Source of the DNA: an uncultured Candidatus Saccharibacteria bacterium
Lineage (GTDB): Bacteria > Patescibacteriota > Minisyncoccia > Phycocordibacterales > UBA6065
Direction of reading: 5' to 3'
NCBI GenBank assembly: GCA_964495425.1
Contig: CAZBVG010000003.1
Location: forward strand, 518-64,517
Length of the DNA: 64,000 nt
Shown piece by piece: positions 59,495 to 64,000 of the stretch. Position 1 is the stretch's first letter. Every line of letters begins with the position of its first letter. Position numbers and translations under genes: made by a program. Under the pieces are notes generated by a model, which was given only the letters and a program-made list of their open reading frames with translations, was not told the origin of the DNA and did no database searches.

Positions 59495-59513
59495 AAAACA
59501 GAACAGGTATAGA

Positions 59514-59540
59514 AAAAGTCCGCCTTTAGGGCGGACTTTT
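59514..59540. terminator. bidirectional intrinsic terminator shared by nrdB (+) and rnpB (-)
   Basis: AAAAGTCCGCC-TTTAG-GGCGGACTTTT with T-runs on both strands. Confidence 0.7.
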
Positions 59541-59866
59541 CCATTGTGTCTGTATCGATAAGCCGAATTTTGTCGTGGACGACCATTTATCTGGGATCTT
59601 TGTTGCCAAAGACCTCGAGCGGCACTCCGATCTTGCGATCGGCACGGCCTTGCACATAGGTAAGGATTTTGCCGTTGCACCCTTATGTTTCCATAAAGAC
59701 TATCCCGAAGGATATCTTCCTTCTTTCGTTGGAAGCCGTTTCTGTTCGCACCTCTCAGGTTGCCCTGGACGGGTGTTACCCGCTACCGTGCTCCGGGCTT
59801 GCGCCCGGATGTGTTCGGACTTTCCTCTCTTGTTTTAAGGCAAGAGCGGCCGTCTAATACAGGCCA
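59541..59866 (-). ncRNA. rnpB: RNase P RNA (bacterial type A-like, reduced size)
   Basis: minus strand reads ...AGAGGAAAGTCCGAAC... (P4 5' strand), GGGTAACACCCG, GGTGCGAACAGAAACGG, ...CCACGACAAAATTCGGCTTATCGATACAG (P4 3' strand), matching E. coli M1 GAGGAAAGUCCGGGC / CACGACAGAACCCGGCUUAUCG; GC-rich in AT-rich context; promoter-like TTGCTA-18-TGTATA upstream; ends approximate. Confidence 0.75.
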
Positions 59867-59910
59867 CTACTTTATACACTCTTTTTGAGAAAAAGCTAGC
59901 AAGTTATTCA

Positions 59911-59939
59911 TTGATGTCAGCCTAGCGATTCTATATAAT
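59911..59939 (+). promoter_or_regulatory. sigma70-like promoter (TTGATG-17nt-TATAAT)
   Basis: hexamers read directly; drives the gene at 59969. Confidence 0.55.
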
Positions 59940-59968
59940 TGATTCATTAATCCCTTAATAACGAAACG

Positions 59969-62326
59969 ATGTCATTTTTGAGCGCACATGCAGCGTCCGA
60001 GAGGTCTTTTGGACTCGATAGAATTGCCTTTATAATCCTTCAGGTTGTTCTGTTTTTAACTCCAATTTTTTTCATTCCTTCAATTTCCGTACCATTTCAG
60101 ACAGGTAGGTCAGCCTTTGTGCTTTATGGTGTAATTGCAGCATTCTTGGTATGGGCAGTAGCGCGGCTTAAGGATGGGGTATTTGAGATTCCTAAGTCAT
60201 ATTTCTACTGGTCTGCAGGAGTTTTGGCGATTGCATATACGCTCGCTGCACTTATGTCAGCAAATCATGCAGTGTCATTGGCTGGTATGGGTTTTGAAAT
60301 GGGCACTCTTTCGTTTTTCTTGCCATCGCTTGTGCTATTTGCTCTCGTGCCTCTCATTGTGCGAACTAAAGAACAGATTTTCTACTCATACAGCTCGCTT
60401 CTCGTATCGTTTTTCGTGGTAGCGCTCTTCCACGTAATTCGATTTATGTTTGGCGCAGACACACTCACGTTTGGTATGTTTACCACTGCGACATCAAATA
60501 TCATTGGTAAATGGAATGACCTCGGTATTTTCTTCGGTCTCGGTGCAATCGTTTCGTTCGTAACCCTTGAAAAGGCAACTCTCAACAAACTCATCAAGTC
60601 GCTTGTGTGGGTATGTTTCGTGCTCTCACTCATCATGCTTGCGGTGATTAACTTTTCACCGATATGGATCACTCTTGCGATTCTTTCCCTCGTGTTCTTT
60701 GTCTACAAATTCTCATTTGATAAAGAGCCTGGTACTGTCGGTGCACGAATTCCTTATTATGCACTTACCGTACTCATACTCTCAGTTCTCTTTATATTTG
60801 CTGGTGCAAAGATTTCAGGAGTAATAGCAGATAGCCTAGGAACAGCACAGCTTGAGGTTCGACCTTCATGGAGCGCAACACTCGATATTGCAAAGAATTC
60901 TCTCTCTGAAAATCCTATTTTTGGTGTAGGTCCAAACCGATTCTCAGCAGATTGGCTTATGCATAAGCCAGCAGGTATCAACAATACTCTTTTTTGGAAT
61001 ACCGATTTCAATTACGGTATTGGTTTTATCCCAAGCTTCATTACAACAACGGGTCTCGTGGGCTTCTTGGCTGTAGCTCTCTTTATTGCTCTATTCCTTC
61101 AACTCGCAGCAAAGGCACTACTTAAACCAACCGCAACACCGTTTTCACGATACCTCGTACTCTCATCACTCTTTGGAAGCTTGTATCTCTGGATATTTGC
61201 GATTATCTATGTGCCATCGGCAGCGATTTGGGTTCTAACGCTCGCGCTCTCTGGTCTCTTTGTTGCTGCTGCTCGAGAAGAGAATGTTGTGGCTACAAAG
61301 TCATTTGCGGTCGCTCACAGACCTGCAGCTGGCTTTATGTCGGTTCTCCTTATCATTCTTGCAATCATTGGTGCTGTTGCGTTTGCGTATTTTGTGACAG
61401 TAAAGACAATCGCCGCTTCATATTTCCAGAAAGGACTGCTAACCATTAATCGATCAGGTAACCTCGAGCAGGGAGAACGAGAAATTCTTCGTGCAGTTGC
61501 GCTCGCTCCGGTTGATAGCCAGTACCAGTCGCTTTCAGAAATTTACCTCTCTCGAATAAATACAGTTCTTCAGGATAAAACAATTACGCAGTCAGAAGCT
61601 CAGACAAAATTCCAAGATTATATCGGTGCAGCAATTAAGGCGTCACAGTCAGCGGTAGCATACGATAATACTAATTATCGAAATTATCTTTCACTTGGCC
61701 GTGTATTTGAGTCTGTAGTACCACTTAAAATTGAAGGTTCGTTTGAAAGCGCAAAGAAGGCATACGAAGCCGCTCTCGCACTCAATCCTGATAGCCCAGA
61801 GATTTATCTCGTGTTGGCGCGACTTTCAATCGCAAATAATGATCCAAAATCTGCGAAGGAATATATAACCAAGTCTCTTGAAAAGAAGAATGATTATGCG
61901 GATGCAATCTTCCTTCTCGCACAGATTCAGATTGCAGAAAATGATGTTCCAAATGCTATTGAATCAGTAAAAGCAGTTGCAACACTTTCACCAAATGATC
62001 CTGGTATATTCTTCCAGCTCGGTCTCTTGTATTACAACCAGAGAAATTATCAAAACTCTGTTCTCGCATTCGAACGAGCGGTTAGTCTTAATAATCAGTA
62101 TGCGAATGCTAAATACTTCCTCGGCCTAAGCTACTATCAGGTAGGTGAAAAGGATAAGGCCATTGCTCAATTCAAGGGTATTCTTGAGACCAATCCAGAT
62201 AACGCTGAAGTAAAGGCGATAATTGCCAATCTTCAAGCAGGAAAAGGTCCATTTACAGTTCCAACAAATCCAGTTAAACAGTCTAATCTCCCTATAAAGG
62301 AACAGACGACAAGAGAGGAAATCTAA
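59969..62326 (+). CDS. Wzy_C/O-antigen-ligase-family membrane protein with C-terminal TPR repeats (paralog of 40750-43092)
   Basis: 785 aa; polytopic N-terminal domain plus TPR-rich C-terminus (multiple A...Y...A..A...P.. repeats). Confidence 0.65.
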   Translation: MSFLSAHAASERSFGLDRIAFIILQVVLFLTPIFFIPSISVPFQTGRSAFVLYGVIAAFLVWAVARLKDGVFEIPKSYFYWSAGVLAIAYTLAALMSANHAVSLAGMGFEMGTLSFFLPSLVLFALVPLIVRTKEQIFYSYSSLLVSFFVVALFHVIRFMFGADTLTFGMFTTATSNIIGKWNDLGIFFGLGAIVSFVTLEKATLNKLIKSLVWVCFVLSLIMLAVINFSPIWITLAILSLVFFVYKFSFDKEPGTVGARIPYYALTVLILSVLFIFAGAKISGVIADSLGTAQLEVRPSWSATLDIAKNSLSENPIFGVGPNRFSADWLMHKPAGINNTLFWNTDFNYGIGFIPSFITTTGLVGFLAVALFIALFLQLAAKALLKPTATPFSRYLVLSSLFGSLYLWIFAIIYVPSAAIWVLTLALSGLFVAAAREENVVATKSFAVAHRPAAGFMSVLLIILAIIGAVAFAYFVTVKTIAASYFQKGLLTINRSGNLEQGEREILRAVALAPVDSQYQSLSEIYLSRINTVLQDKTITQSEAQTKFQDYIGAAIKASQSAVAYDNTNYRNYLSLGRVFESVVPLKIEGSFESAKKAYEAALALNPDSPEIYLVLARLSIANNDPKSAKEYITKSLEKKNDYADAIFLLAQIQIAENDVPNAIESVKAVATLSPNDPGIFFQLGLLYYNQRNYQNSVLAFERAVSLNNQYANAKYFLGLSYYQVGEKDKAIAQFKGILETNPDNAEVKAIIANLQAGKGPFTVPTNPVKQSNLPIKEQTTREEI

Positions 62327-62345
62327 GGTAGGGTGAGGGGATCAC

Positions 62346-64000
62346 ATGGTAAAAAAGATTCTGTCATTCGTGGGTAAAGAGATAAGCGGCCTACATGAGG
62401 CCGCTTATCTGCTTGCTCTCTCATCTGTCGCATCTCTTGTATTTGCTCTCATTCGAGACAGGCTTTTAGCGCATGTACTAGGCGCAGGTCCAGCGCTTGA
62501 TGTGTACTATGCGGCATTCAGAATCCCTGACTTTATATTCGTCATTGTCGCATCACTTGTTTCAACGTCGATTCTTGTACCGTTTCTCATTGAGTCAAAA
62601 ACAAAAGGAAGGGAAGAACTTACATCGTCTATTACTAGCCTTTTTTCAGCATTTACACTTCTCATTGTTATTGTCTGTGGAATCGCAGCGATATTTATGG
62701 AGCCGATTCAGAAAATAATTTTTCCGCGACTCTTTGAAGCCGGTCTTGGTCCGCAACTTGTGACTGCCTCTCGAATCATGCTGTTTTCCCCGATATTGCT
62801 TGGTTTCGCAAGTTTCTTTGCTTCCATAACACAGATCCAAAATCGATTTTTGGTATATGCGTTGTCGGCGCCGTTATATAACGTCGGAATTATTTTTGGG
62901 ATTATATTTCTTTTACCACTCTGGGGAGTTGCAGGACTTGCTCTTGGCGTACTCTTCGGAGCAACACTTCTGTGTCTTACTCAAATTCCAATCGTGATTC
63001 GTGACGGACTGTTCCCAAAGATAGGAACTCATTTTGAGTGGGTGAAAGTAAAACGAGTTGCAAAACTCTCTGTCCCTCGAACAATTACGCTCTCGTCGCA
63101 ACAACTCTCAACACTGGGGCTTGTATCGTTTGCTTCATTTTTGGGGGCAGGATCGATATCAATCTTTAATCTTTCATTTAATCTTCAATCAGTACCACTT
63201 GCAATTATTGGTGTAAGTTATTCGTCGGCTGCATTTCCTCTACTTGCAAAACTTATTGCTGAAGGGAAGCGAGAGGTGTACTTGGAACGCATGATTGCAG
63301 CAGCAAAGCATATTATCTTCTGGTCAGTGCCACTCTCGGTTTTATTTATTGTGCTTCGTGCACAGATTGTACGAACAGTTTTGGGAACAGGAGAATTCTC
63401 TTGGTCTGACACAAGGTTAACTGCAGCGGCTCTTGCTCTCTTCGTTATTTCTGCAGTTGGGCAGTCTCTTATTCTTCTTTTCGTGCGATCGTTTTATGCA
63501 GAAGGTAAGACTGCAAAGCCGCTTCTTATAAATGTGGTATCGATGGTTGTCACAATCGCGCTCGGCTTTGTTCTCATAAAAGTATTCCGTACAGTTCCGT
63601 TATTTGCCAATTTCACCGCAGCTCTTATGAGAACTATGAGTTCAGCAGACTCAAGCGTGCTGATGCTTCCACTCGCATTTACACTCGGCACATTCCTCAA
63701 TCTCTTTTTACATTGGAGGTCGTTTGCAAAGGAGTTTCCGGGGTTTACCGCTCCACTCATGCGAACAATATTTCAGGTCACGAGCTCAGCAATTATAGGG
63801 GGTTATGTGGCGTACCATTCACTCAAACTCTTTGATGATGTGTTTAACATCAATACATCGCTCGGTATTTTTATGCAGGGTTTGTGTGCGGGAATTATAG
63901 GTATTATTGCAACCATTATTATTCTTATTCTGCTTAAGAATAGGGAGCTTAAAGACATCAAACAAGCTCTTCACGAAAAGGTGTGGAGGGTTGATAGGGC
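62346..64000 (+). CDS. murJ: lipid II flippase MurJ (MviN), 3'-truncated at window end
   Basis: ORF open from ATG 62346 to the window end (not in ORF track because no stop); translation MVKKILSFVGKEISGLHEAAYLLALSSVASLVFALIRDRLLAHVLGAGPALDVYYAAFRIPDFIF... matches the MurJ N-terminus; GGTGAGGGG Shine-Dalgarno upstream. Confidence 0.85.
   Translation, partial: MVKKILSFVGKEISGLHEAAYLLALSSVASLVFALIRDRLLAHVLGAGPALDVYYAAFRIPDFIFVIVASLVSTSILVPFLIESKTKGREELTSSITSLFSAFTLLIVIVCGIAAIFMEPIQKIIFPRLFEAGLGPQLVTASRIMLFSPILLGFASFFASITQIQNRFLVYALSAPLYNVGIIFGIIFLLPLWGVAGLALGVLFGATLLCLTQIPIVIRDGLFPKIGTHFEWVKVKRVAKLSVPRTITLSSQQLSTLGLVSFASFLGAGSISIFNLSFNLQSVPLAIIGVSYSSAAFPLLAKLIAEGKREVYLERMIAAAKHIIFWSVPLSVLFIVLRAQIVRTVLGTGEFSWSDTRLTAAALALFVISAVGQSLILLFVRSFYAEGKTAKPLLINVVSMVVTIALGFVLIKVFRTVPLFANFTAALMRTMSSADSSVLMLPLAFTLGTFLNLFLHWRSFAKEFPGFTAPLMRTIFQVTSSAIIGGYVAYHSLKLFDDVFNINTSLGIFMQGLCAGIIGIIATIIILILLKNRELKDIKQALHEKVWRVDR

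Overview
This 64 kb window looks like a low-GC (about 40%), tightly packed bacterial chromosome. Many genes overlap by 1 to 30 nt, most have no Shine-Dalgarno sequence, and sigma70-like promoters and Rho-independent hairpins often serve two convergent genes. The gene content fits a small-genome, Patescibacteria/CPR-like organism; that placement is inference. Housekeeping genes: tRNA-Ile(GAT), pyk, eno, gpmI, secA, obg, gatB, rlmH, rsmI, class I ribonucleotide reductase nrdA/nrdB, and an RNase P RNA gene on the minus strand that I identified from its P4 and other conserved motifs. Peptidoglycan genes: mpl, mraY, murB, murJ (truncated at the window end) and a minus-strand operon ATP-grasp / NlpC-P60 / mraY / ATE_C-like transferase. 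The largest accessory feature is a roughly 27 kb cell-surface glycan cluster (16.1 to 43.1 kb). It has seven GT4-type glycosyltransferases, two GT2 glycosyltransferases, a GtrA + GT2 (fused to a methyltransferase) + GT-C triad, two GT11 fucosyltransferase-like genes, gmd and fcl (GDP-fucose), a DegT aminotransferase, asnB, four SAM methyltransferases, a Wzx flippase, an excisionase-family HTH gene at the operon head, and a Wzy_C/O-antigen-ligase-like protein with C-terminal TPR repeats. A paralog of that last protein sits at 60 to 62 kb. No initiating polyprenyl-phosphate phosphoglycosyl-transferase is visible in the window. Several discrete GC-rich segments (about 50 to 55% GC) interrupt the AT-rich background: three protein genes that do carry Shine-Dalgarno motifs, and an 0.8 kb non-coding-looking locus with two strong intrinsic terminators and a repeated AATCCAG motif that I could not assign to an RNA family. 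No rRNA, CRISPR array, transposase or integrase was seen. All family assignments are from reading the sequence and ORF translations by eye, with no tools or database searches.
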